DNA of 60,746 nt from Nitrospinota bacterium (lineage in GTDB: Bacteria > Nitrospinota_A > UBA7883), in NCBI GenBank assembly GCA_029881335.1, contig JAOUMU010000003.1, forward strand, positions 1 to 60,746. The letters are read 5' to 3'. Shown in pieces: positions 26,791 through 35,261 of this stretch (within the stretch, counting starts at the first letter, position 1; every line of letters starts with the position of its first letter). The translations under genes and the position numbers were made by a program. A model generated the notes under the pieces. The model was given only the letters and a program-made list of their open reading frames with translations. It was not told the DNA's origin and did not search any database.

Positions 26791-28724
26791 TGCGAAGACG
26801 AAAATACACGCTGGCGGTGGTGGTTGTGGCGATGTTGTTCCTGCAGGCATGCCTTGTTGTCATAGCGCATAACTCCAAGGAAACCATTGAGGGAGAAGAG
26901 AGGGACGTACTCATTTACGCCGATGTGGAAATCGTGGACGCCGGCAGTTATTGGCACGATGTGGTGACCCAGCCCTCCTGCGGCTCCGTGTCCTCTGCAG
27001 TGGTAGACGGAGCCCTCGCTTTCTGGTTCGACCGCTCCTCCGGCGTGGCCAGGGGGACTTACAAGTTCAAATACTTCGTGCGCGGGGTCTCAAAAGCGTG
27101 GGGACTCGATTTGACGTCGGAAGCCGAGGTGGAGGTCCATTTTACGGAGACTATCCCCGCCCCCGACGGATCACCCCCTTGCGGCGCCCAATACCAGGCG
27201 TTTCTGGACAGCGCGTCGGATTCCGGCTCCGGCGCTGCCCGCTCCGTGTCGGTCTCCTGGCATGTGCCGGAGGATTCGGAGCCAGCGGATTCATACAAGA
27301 TCACCGTGACGGACACAAAAACAGGCGCGGCCCTGGGTGAAGCCACATTTGGCGCTCCTCAGGGGAATGCCATCCAGACAGCGAATATCAGCCACTCTCA
27401 GGCCCTAAGGCTGAAGATCACACTGGAGACGATACTCAACAATCAGGTGATGTATACAGACACCCTGGTTATCCAGGGCGCCCCGCTGGACTTCATCGCC
27501 GTGGACGACTACGTGACCGTGGACAGGAATAGAGGTGGCAGCGACCCGGTGAATGTGCTCGCCAACGACTATGATCTGTCCGGACAGCCATTGACCGACG
27601 CGATAGTCACTGTAGTTGATTCAGCCGGATTGATTCTGCATAAATTTCTTACCCAGACTCAAGAGATGGCCTTTGTTGTCATAATTAACCAGGAGACCGA
27701 GGCGGGCCAGCACAGGATAACACTAAGTGTACAAAAGGCGGGTTACAATTCCCAGACCGAATATCTGTATGTGGATGTCATTGGCGATGACTTCGTCGTT
27801 GTGGATGATTATGTGATGCTGGAGAGGGGAGTTAATGAGAGAGCCATTGTAGATGTGCTGGCAAATGATTACATACCAATAACCACGGCTGAAGGGATAT
27901 TAAAAGAGCCGCTAACTAACCCCAGATTAGACGTTGTAGACAACGCGGGCTTGTTTCTATGGAAGGTCTCCCAATCGGGAGGTAATGAGGCTATAAGAGT
28001 CCATATGTATCCTGAAACGGACGCCGGTGCGCACACCGTGCTTTTGCGCGTCACCCATCCCCAATATAATCCGCAGTACGAAAGGCTGACTGTGGAAATC
28101 AAGGTTCCGGATTTTGTGGCGGTGGACGATTATGCGCAGATGGTAAAAGGAGTAACAGCCAAAGTGGTGTTGAACCTTGGGGCCAACGACTATCTCCCCG
28201 ATAAGGCGCAGACGTCAACTCCACTGGAAATCGTGGGCGCCAGAATTGTGGATGACGGCGGCCTTATGTTTCACAAGATCCTGGATGAGCGTGGCTTGGA
28301 AGGCTATGCTTTGGTAGATTCGGGTCTTCCGCCCGGTCAATACACGGCGGTGTTCAAAATACTCGCAAGAGGACATAATCCGCAGTATTCAAAGCTGGTG
28401 GTGGATGTGGTTGATGCCCTTGAGGCCAATGACGACACCCTGGCAGGCCAGGCCGGATTGAACGTGAATCTGCCGGTGCTGAACAACGATACGACCTACG
28501 ACGGAGGGCCACTGACGATCATTGGGTTCAGCCAGCCGGGTGGCGCCATAGTCGCATCGTCAGGGAGCTCTCTTTCCATTTTCGGCCCGGCGGGGAAATA
28601 CGTTTTCGGCTACACCATCCAGGACCAGCATGGCAACCAGGCTTCGGCGAATGTGAGCGTGACCCTGGTGGAGCCACCTCCACCGAATCCATGCGAGGTT
28701 AATCCTTTTAACCCGAACTGCTGA
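26790..28724 (+). CDS. large secreted/surface protein with tandem cadherin-like (tandem-95 / DDY...NDY) repeats
   Basis: ORF 26739..28724. ATG at 26790 follows GGGAGG. Signal/anchor TLAVVVVAMLFLQAC. Four repeats start DF(I/V)(A/V)VDDY ... (L/G)ANDY. The last repeat reads ANDDT ... LNNDT ... YTIQDQHGN. Confidence 0.75.
   Translation: MRRRKYTLAVVVVAMLFLQACLVVIAHNSKETIEGEERDVLIYADVEIVDAGSYWHDVVTQPSCGSVSSAVVDGALAFWFDRSSGVARGTYKFKYFVRGVSKAWGLDLTSEAEVEVHFTETIPAPDGSPPCGAQYQAFLDSASDSGSGAARSVSVSWHVPEDSEPADSYKITVTDTKTGAALGEATFGAPQGNAIQTANISHSQALRLKITLETILNNQVMYTDTLVIQGAPLDFIAVDDYVTVDRNRGGSDPVNVLANDYDLSGQPLTDAIVTVVDSAGLILHKFLTQTQEMAFVVIINQETEAGQHRITLSVQKAGYNSQTEYLYVDVIGDDFVVVDDYVMLERGVNERAIVDVLANDYIPITTAEGILKEPLTNPRLDVVDNAGLFLWKVSQSGGNEAIRVHMYPETDAGAHTVLLRVTHPQYNPQYERLTVEIKVPDFVAVDDYAQMVKGVTAKVVLNLGANDYLPDKAQTSTPLEIVGARIVDDGGLMFHKILDERGLEGYALVDSGLPPGQYTAVFKILARGHNPQYSKLVVDVVDALEANDDTLAGQAGLNVNLPVLNNDTTYDGGPLTIIGFSQPGGAIVASSGSSLSIFGPAGKYVFGYTIQDQHGNQASANVSVTLVEPPPPNPCEVNPFNPNC
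27489..28673 (+). repeat. four tandem, diverged coding repeats of about 100-107 codons inside the surface-protein gene
   Basis: Repeat starts at 27489, 27789, 28110 and 28413, giving periods of 300, 321 and 303 nt. Similarity is at the protein-motif level (DFxxVDDY, ANDY, NPQY/NSQ), not near-identical DNA. Confidence 0.7.
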
Positions 28725-29120
28725 TGATCGGCCGCTTTCATGGAGGCCTGCGTGAGTGTCATCCTCATCCCTCCGGGCAGGTATTGCGGGGTAAGCCGGG
28801 CAAACGGGAATTCTGCGTGATCCAGGCTCTCACTTCACCCTCATCGCCTTGATAGCTGCCTCGTCTATCCGGGCGGAAACGCTCTTGGCCCCATGGACCG
28901 GCGCCTTGCCCGGGGGCGCGCCTTTCGGCTTTTTTTTTCTGCTTGGCCAGGCGCCAGGTCCTCCAGGGTCCGCGCCGCGTCCACAGCCTCCATCCCCCGG
29001 CGGGCCCTCCTTGTTCCACACATTCCTCCCAGCCGGGGGGATTTTTTCAGCGGTTTTAACTCTCCCCCTCCTCTTCCAGGCGCATATAATACAGGGGACC
29101 AAGATTATAGGGGAGGCGAA

Positions 29121-30026
29121 ATGAAGGTGTTTGTCACCGGGTCCACTGGGTTCGTGGGCCGGTATGTGGTGGCGGAGTTGAAAGCCCGCGGCCACACCCC
29201 CGTGCTCCTGGTCCGTCCCGGCTCCGAAGCGAAGCTCCCCAACCTGGAGGGGGTGAAGCTGGTTCCTGGAGATGTGAACCAGCCGGACCAATACATCCGC
29301 GCTCTGTCGGAAGTGGACGCCGTCATCCACCTGGTGGGGATCATCCGTGAGTTTGCCTCCCGGGGGATCACCTTTGACATTATGCATTACCAGGCCACGC
29401 GCAATATCACCCGCGCGGCCATCGACTCCGGCGTGCGGCGATTCATCCATATGAGCGCCAATGGAGCCGGACCCCAGGGCGTTTCCGATTACCAGATCAC
29501 CAAGTGGCGCGCAGAGGAACTGGTCATGAACTCCCGGCTGAAGTGGACAGTATTCCGCCCCTCGATGATCTTCGGCGATTCGCACGGCTTGCCCGAATTC
29601 ACCAGCCAACTGGCGGACGTGATCCGGCATGCGCCATGGCTCCCCATCTTCGGCGGGGGAAAGTACAGGATGGACCCGATAGCCGTGGAGGATGTGGCGC
29701 GCTGTTTTGTGGCGGCGCTGGAGAATCAGAGGACCGTCGGCCGGGCATACTGCCTGGGGGGTGGGAATCCCACGCGGTTTTCGGAGATCGCCCAGACCAT
29801 CGGCAAGGCCATGGGGAAGCCGCGCACCAGGACCATCAGTGTTCCCTTCTGGCTGGTACTGCCTGTGGCGAGGGCCATGGAGGGCTTTCCCTTTTTCCCC
29901 ATCACGTCAGACCAACTTCTGATGCTGCGCCAGGGAAACATCTGCGCCCGGCTCGACTATATGGACGTTTTCGATATCACCCCCATCCCCTTCACCTATA
30001 GGACCATGGGGTACCTGAAGACCTGA
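29121..30026 (+). CDS. NAD(P)H-binding, complex I NDUFA9-like / NmrA-like epimerase family protein
   Basis: 3' part of ORF 28893..30026. ATG at 29121 follows GGGAGG. Rossmann MKVFVTGSTGFVGRYV; YQITKWRAEE (YxxxK). Confidence 0.85.
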   Translation: MKVFVTGSTGFVGRYVVAELKARGHTPVLLVRPGSEAKLPNLEGVKLVPGDVNQPDQYIRALSEVDAVIHLVGIIREFASRGITFDIMHYQATRNITRAAIDSGVRRFIHMSANGAGPQGVSDYQITKWRAEELVMNSRLKWTVFRPSMIFGDSHGLPEFTSQLADVIRHAPWLPIFGGGKYRMDPIAVEDVARCFVAALENQRTVGRAYCLGGGNPTRFSEIAQTIGKAMGKPRTRTISVPFWLVLPVARAMEGFPFFPITSDQLLMLRQGNICARLDYMDVFDITPIPFTYRTMGYLKT

Positions 30027-30110
30027 GGGGAATGGCGCGGCTTTGATCCGGCCCCTTGTTTCCTGTCAAGTTTGACATTTGAGATTCCGGATCGAGCCAG
30101 GAATGTCCAC

Positions 30111-32615
30111 TTACCTATTCTCCGTGGTTACCAGAGCGCAATCCCGGCTCTCCTCCCACCCCATGCCCGCCGACCCTTCCAATTGCGCGGCCTCGGGCGA
30201 TTGCAGCCTGTGAGCCATGGCCCCTTCCGTCTCCTCCGCACTTTGGTTCACATCCGGGCCTAATATAACAAGTCCCATCCGCCGGGCTTCCTCCACATAT
30301 TCCACCGCGTTGTAAAAGCCGCCCCGGTTTGCGATCACCGCAGCCATGAACTGGGCCGGGTAATGGGCCTTCAAATACGCCGTGCGGTAGCTGATGACGG
30401 CGAAGGACGCGCTGTGCGCCTTGCAGAAAGCGTATCCGCCGAACGACTCCATCTGCCGCCATATCTCCTGGGCCACCGGCATGGGCGCGCCCCGCCCCAC
30501 GGCGCCCTCCATGAACATTTTTTTGTACTTGTCGAAGGCCTCCCAGTCCCGCTTTTTGCTCATGCATCGGCGCAATCCGTCCGCCTGCCCCAGGCTCAGC
30601 CCGGCCACCCGGTTTGCCACTTTTATCACATCCTCCTGGTACACCATCACGCCGAAAGTGTCTCCCAGCACCTCGCGCATGGCAGGCAGTGGATACACTG
30701 GCTCCTCCCGGCCCAGCCTGCGGTCTATGTAGGCTTTCATCATTCCAGAGTCGGACACGCCGGGGCGGATGATGGAGCTGGCCGCCACCAGAGTCTCGAA
30801 ATCGTCCACCGCCAGTTTTTTCAGCAGGGCGCGCATTCCCGGTGACTCTATATAGAAGCATCCGATGGTTTGGCCGGAGCGCATCAGGGCGCGGGTGGCC
30901 TCATCCTCCAATGGGTCGATCCGCTCCCAGTCCAGGGCCAGGCCATGGTCCCGGCGGACCTCCTCCATCGTATCCACCACCACCGCCAGCGCTCGCTGTC
31001 CCAGCAGATCTATCTTCACCAGACCCATATCCTCTATCGGGTACATATCGAACTGGGTGATCACCAGCCCGTTGGTGGAGCGCTGCAAGGGGACCAGATC
31101 TGTGATTGGGCAGGGCGCCACCACTATCCCGCCACAGTGGATCGATAAATGGCGGGGGAATCCCTCTATGGCCAGTCCTGCGCTGATGATGGAGCGGTAT
31201 GGCTCGTCCTCCATCGGCAGGCCCCGGCATTCGGGCACGGTGTCTCGGGCGGCGGCCAGGTCGGAAAGCCGGGTGAAGCCGGGGACCCGCTCGGCGAATG
31301 GGTCGATCTCCTCCTTCGGCAGGCCCATAGCCTTGCCCACCTCCCGGATGATTGAACGGCCACGGAATGTGGCGTGGGTGGAGATCATGGCGACACGATC
31401 GTTTCCAAAAGTTCCATATACATATTCAAGGATCTCATCCCGCCGGTTCCATGGGAAATCCAGGTCGATATCTGGGCAGTCCCCCCGCTCCAGGTTAAGA
31501 AACCTTTCAAAATAAAGGTTATATCTTAGCGGGCAGACATCAGTGATCCGCAGGGCATAGCAGACCAGGGAGTTTGCCGCGGAGCCTCGGCCCACGGTGG
31601 GGATGCCACGCCGGCGGGCTTCGGCAGCGATGTCGTTGACAATCATAAAGTACTCTGCGTACGCAAGCTTGCTGATGATGGCCAACTCATGCTCCAGCCG
31701 GGCCATGACGGCCGGTGGCAGGGAGGGGTATCGCTCACTGGCGCCACGATAAGCCAGCGCCCTTAAATGCTCCTCCGGCGCCACCCCGGCAGGGAGGGAA
31801 TAGGCCGGAAACTTCACCTTGCCCAGCTCCAGTCGGCAGTGGCACTGATCAGAGATTACAGTTGTATTATGATTGGCATGTGGTAGCTCCGCAAATAACC
31901 GGTCCATCAAGGAAGCTGGTTTCAACCAGGCCTGTGGGCTAGCCACGGCGCCGGGGGGGAGGCGGTGGATAGTGGCATTGGTCCTGATGGCGGAGAGCAA
32001 TCGGTGTGTCTGGTATTTTTCAGGCGTGGTGAAGTGGACATTGTTTGTGGCCGCCACAGGCAAGTCCAGGCGCTTTGCCAGCCGGAGCAGATAGGAAATC
32101 TGATGGCGGGATGCCGTATCGCCATTGTTTATAAGCTGTACATACATGCTCTGTTCGCGACCGGCAAAACGCCCCGCCTCCAGCACAGGCAAGTCCGATG
32201 AAATTACAATCACCTTCCCCCCAAGCGCGGCAGTGGCCATGGCCAGATCGAAATCAGGGTCCAGATGGCGCGCCGTTATCAGTCGGCTGATTTCTGAATA
32301 GCCATCCAGATCCCGCGCCAGAAGAACCGCATGACCCGTTCCACCGGGGCCGACTGGAAAGTCGCCGATTCTTGCGCCGCTCCGGATATCGGGCTCCGGT
32401 CTATCAACCACCGCCCCAATGATCAAGCGGATGCCCTGCTTGTCCGCCCTCTTTTGGGCCGGGACCGCCCCGTACATTCCGTTGGTATCTGTTAGCGCGA
32501 TGGTTTCCATACCCAGCGTTGACGCCTGGGCGAAGAGCGAGTCCAGGCTATCCGCGCCAGAAGCCATGGAATAACAGGAGTGGCAATTGAGATGGACGAA
32601 GATTGGCGGATTCAT
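30111..32615 (-). CDS. DNA polymerase III alpha-subunit family protein (PHP + polymerase core), C-terminally truncated; possible pseudogene
   Basis: ORF 30111..32804. ATG at 32615 follows GGAGG. PHP start FVHLNCHSCYSMASGADS ... IALTDTNGMYG. Core motifs DIDLDF, PRHLSIHCGGIVV, IIRPG, FAVISYRTAYLKAHYP. The reading frame ends shortly after GPDVNQS. The HhH/beta-clamp-binding and OB-fold regions expected in DnaE/DnaE2 (about 1000-1160 aa) are absent. Confidence 0.72.
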   Translation of the reverse strand: MNPPIFVHLNCHSCYSMASGADSLDSLFAQASTLGMETIALTDTNGMYGAVPAQKRADKQGIRLIIGAVVDRPEPDIRSGARIGDFPVGPGGTGHAVLLARDLDGYSEISRLITARHLDPDFDLAMATAALGGKVIVISSDLPVLEAGRFAGREQSMYVQLINNGDTASRHQISYLLRLAKRLDLPVAATNNVHFTTPEKYQTHRLLSAIRTNATIHRLPPGAVASPQAWLKPASLMDRLFAELPHANHNTTVISDQCHCRLELGKVKFPAYSLPAGVAPEEHLRALAYRGASERYPSLPPAVMARLEHELAIISKLAYAEYFMIVNDIAAEARRRGIPTVGRGSAANSLVCYALRITDVCPLRYNLYFERFLNLERGDCPDIDLDFPWNRRDEILEYVYGTFGNDRVAMISTHATFRGRSIIREVGKAMGLPKEEIDPFAERVPGFTRLSDLAAARDTVPECRGLPMEDEPYRSIISAGLAIEGFPRHLSIHCGGIVVAPCPITDLVPLQRSTNGLVITQFDMYPIEDMGLVKIDLLGQRALAVVVDTMEEVRRDHGLALDWERIDPLEDEATRALMRSGQTIGCFYIESPGMRALLKKLAVDDFETLVAASSIIRPGVSDSGMMKAYIDRRLGREEPVYPLPAMREVLGDTFGVMVYQEDVIKVANRVAGLSLGQADGLRRCMSKKRDWEAFDKYKKMFMEGAVGRGAPMPVAQEIWRQMESFGGYAFCKAHSASFAVISYRTAYLKAHYPAQFMAAVIANRGGFYNAVEYVEEARRMGLVILGPDVNQSAEETEGAMAHRLQSPEAAQLEGSAGMGWEESRDCALVTTENR

Positions 32616-33098
32616 GGTGCATCCTCCAATTGCGGAGAAAAGGGGAAAAAGAGTGGGTCGCCAAATGGTGAGAGTGCGGCAGGACGCGGCATGATGAGTC
32701 GGGACCAGTGTATTCGCATCGTTATGCCTGGCGCCGCTTGCCCCAGAATCGCGACACCAGAAGAGAAACCGCCATAAGGATATGCACTGAACATTTCCCG
32801 ACACCTATGACCAAGCCAGACCGAACCGATTAGCGCTACGAAAATTGTATTCGCGAGGCGCCATAACATCACACTATTTCGCTATATGTTCGTATTGTAC
32901 CGCCACAGAAGACGAATAACAAGCGAAAACAGCCTTTATTTTGATAATGATCAAGAAGCAGCCACAGGTGAGTTTGTGTAGGCATGAATCTGCCACCAAA
33001 GAGGAGAATCTCATCTGTTTGGTGTGATGCCAGGAGTTGTTGCAGTAAGGTTTTCAGCTCATATGTTTTTACCCTACTGTCTGATGTGCGGGATATAA

Positions 33099-33209
33099 CG
33101 GCCAACTAGGCTGATCGAATATAACGAGGAGCGGCCCCATGAGTCGCTGGGCAACCTGCCGCCGGCTGAATATCTGGCGGCGGAAAAACAGCAGGATACT
33201 TCAATTTAG
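33099..33209 (+). pseudogene. relic of an IS3-family transposase (extreme C-terminus of OrfB/integrase only)
   Basis: Translates as RPTRLIEYNEERPHESLGNLPPAEYLAAEKQQDTSI*. YNxxRPHxSLGxxxPxE is the conserved tail of rve/DDE IS3 transposases. An in-frame stop lies immediately upstream, and no remaining transposase body is present. Confidence 0.6.
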
Positions 33210-33407
33210 AGTGGCGCTAAAAAGGGAGGTTTACAAGTTTACACAACTGATCTAAAGGTACCGGCAAGCGAATATCGCGGGAGCACAAATGCGCAATCCA
33301 TAGTAATACAGAAAATAATTTAGATGTTCTCACTCTTGCCATCTTAGGATTAGCCATGTATCTTAAGGTACTGTCATATCCGCATAATCGGGAAAAGGAA
33401 CAACATC

Positions 33408-34984
33408 GTGAAAAGGGAAAACTGGGCCTCACGCCTGGGAATAATCCTGGCCGTGGCCGGCTCCGCCGTGGGGCTGGGCAATTTCATGCGGTTTCCTGTC
33501 CAGGCGGTGGAGAATGGTGGTGGCGCCTTCATGATCCCATACATCGTGGCGTTACTGCTGTTGGGTATCCCCCTTTGCTGGGTGGAGTGGACAATGGGCC
33601 GAGCCGCGGGGGGGCATGGTCACGGCTCCGGGCCGGGTATATTCAACGTCTTCTGGAACAGCCGCCTGTCTCGCTGGTTCGGCGCCTTGGGTATTTTCAT
33701 TCCCCTTGTTATCTACTTCTACTATGTGCTCATAGAGGCGTGGTGCCTGGGATACGCGTGGCATGCGCTCTCCGGTTCGCTGGGGATGGCCGCCTCCGAG
33801 GGGCAGCTGAAGGAGTTTCTCTCAGGCTTCCAGGGAGTGGCGGACAACAAATGGTTTTCTGGTGTCAGCGCTGGATACGTCTTCTTCCTAATCGTTTTTT
33901 TCCTCAACTTCTTTGTCATATACTTCGGCGTGGCCCGAGGCATTGAGTGGATATCGAAAATCGCCATGCCGGTGCTGGTCCTGTTGGGAGCGTTCATCAT
34001 GTTCCGCGTGCTGACCCTGGGCGCGCCGAATCCGGCCCAACCAGACTGGAACGTATTCAACGGATTCGGATTTTTCTGGAATCCAGATTTTAGCGCGCTG
34101 ACAGACTCCAAGGTGTGGCTGGCGGCGGCTGGGCAGATATTTTTCACCACATCGGTGGGCCTGGGGCTGATCATCACATATGCAAGCTACCTGAAGCAGA
34201 ATGACGACGTGGCGCTCTCTGGATTGACGGCCATCTCCATCAATGAGTTCGTGGAGGTTGTCATCGGCGGGTCCATCGCCATCCCGGCGGCCTTCATCTT
34301 TTTCGGCGGCCCGGGGCGGAGGAGGTGGCCAAAAGCGGGGGATTCAATCTGGTGTTCGTCACCATGCCATATGTTTTCGACCAGATGGCTTTCACCGCCC
34401 TCTTCGGTTTCATGTGGTTTTTTCTGCTGTTTCTGGCGGGAGTGACATCCAGCGTGTCGATGCTCCAGCCGGCGATCGCGTTTCTGGAGGATGAGTTCAA
34501 CCTCAACCGTCATCAGTCGGTGGGTATCCTGGCCGTAGTGTCATTCATAGCCTGCCAGCCTACGGTTTTCTTCCTGGCCAACGGAGTGCTGGATATGCTC
34601 GACTTCTGGGCGGGGACGGTGCTTATAGTGGTTTTCGCTACGGGCGAGGTGATCCTTTTCGCCTGGATATACGGCGTTGATAAAGGTTATGACCAAATGA
34701 TGCATGGGGCGGATATCAGAGTCCCCTCTTTTGTGAAATTTGTCATCAAGTATGTGACTCCTTCGTTTCTGCTGATCATCCTCGGCTCCTGGTTTTACCA
34801 GAACATCCTGATGATCTTCCTGGCGCCGGACGACGACACTTATAACGAGCTGTTCCTTGTGAAAATGTTCAGTGGAGATGACCGGGCCTACGCCATCGGG
34901 GCCATGGCGGGGATGGGGCTTTTCATGCTGCTGCTTATCGCGCTGGTGGAGATCGCCTGGCGCAGAAGGGAGAATGCGAAATGA
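33408..34984 (+). pseudogene. sodium-dependent (NSS/SNF family) transporter, interrupted by a single frameshift
   Basis: ORF 33408..34445 (GTG start; [34 protein letters not shown]) and ORF 34325..34984 ([15 protein letters not shown] ...) are consecutive parts of one NSS protein. The frames switch within GGCGGCCCGGGGCGG at about 34305-34318. Confidence 0.8.
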
Positions 34985-35175
34985 CTATCGCCGGGTGGGT
35001 AATGTTCCTGTTCAGCTGGACGCTGATCATATCGCTTTCCGCCTTTTGCATGGCGCGGGTGCTGAAGCTACAGGACACCCAGGTGGAGCATATCAGGCCG
35101 ATCCACGAGATAGACACAGGCGACCTGACCGATGAAGTGAAAAAACACAGGGAAGGTAAAGGCAGGCCCGAATAG
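34981..35175 (+). CDS. small single-TM protein, MetS-like NSS transporter small subunit candidate
   Basis: 64-aa ORF. ATGA overlap with the transporter stop. One TM helix (GWVMFLFSWTLIISLSAFCMA) then a charged tail. Confidence 0.5.
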   Translation: MTIAGWVMFLFSWTLIISLSAFCMARVLKLQDTQVEHIRPIHEIDTGDLTDEVKKHREGKGRPE

Positions 35176-35261
35176 CGCGACTGACCGCCAGCGGCCCCAG
35201 GCTGAAACCTCTTGCCCGCCAGCGCAATCAACCACCATTAACGTTCAAACAAGACGCGGAT

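Noticed and set aside
28725-29120. A GC-rich 0.4 kb gap with overlapping ORFs on both strands: 28830..29630(-), 28765..29019(-), 28849..29124(+) and the 5' extension of 28893..30026. The C-terminal end of the 28830 frame (KSVSARIDEAAIKAMRVK) is faintly ribbon-helix-helix-like.
   Set aside because: The translations are Pro/Gly/Arg-rich low complexity, with no ATG or RBS near the RHH-like stretch. The NDUFA9-like gene clearly starts at 29121 after GGGAGG. There is not enough evidence to call a gene.
32869-33105. ORF 32869..33105(-) (78 aa) and ORF 33217..33432(-) (71 aa), flanking the IS3 relic.
   Set aside because: No motifs and no RBS, and they sit in AT-rich scar DNA. I treat them as non-coding.
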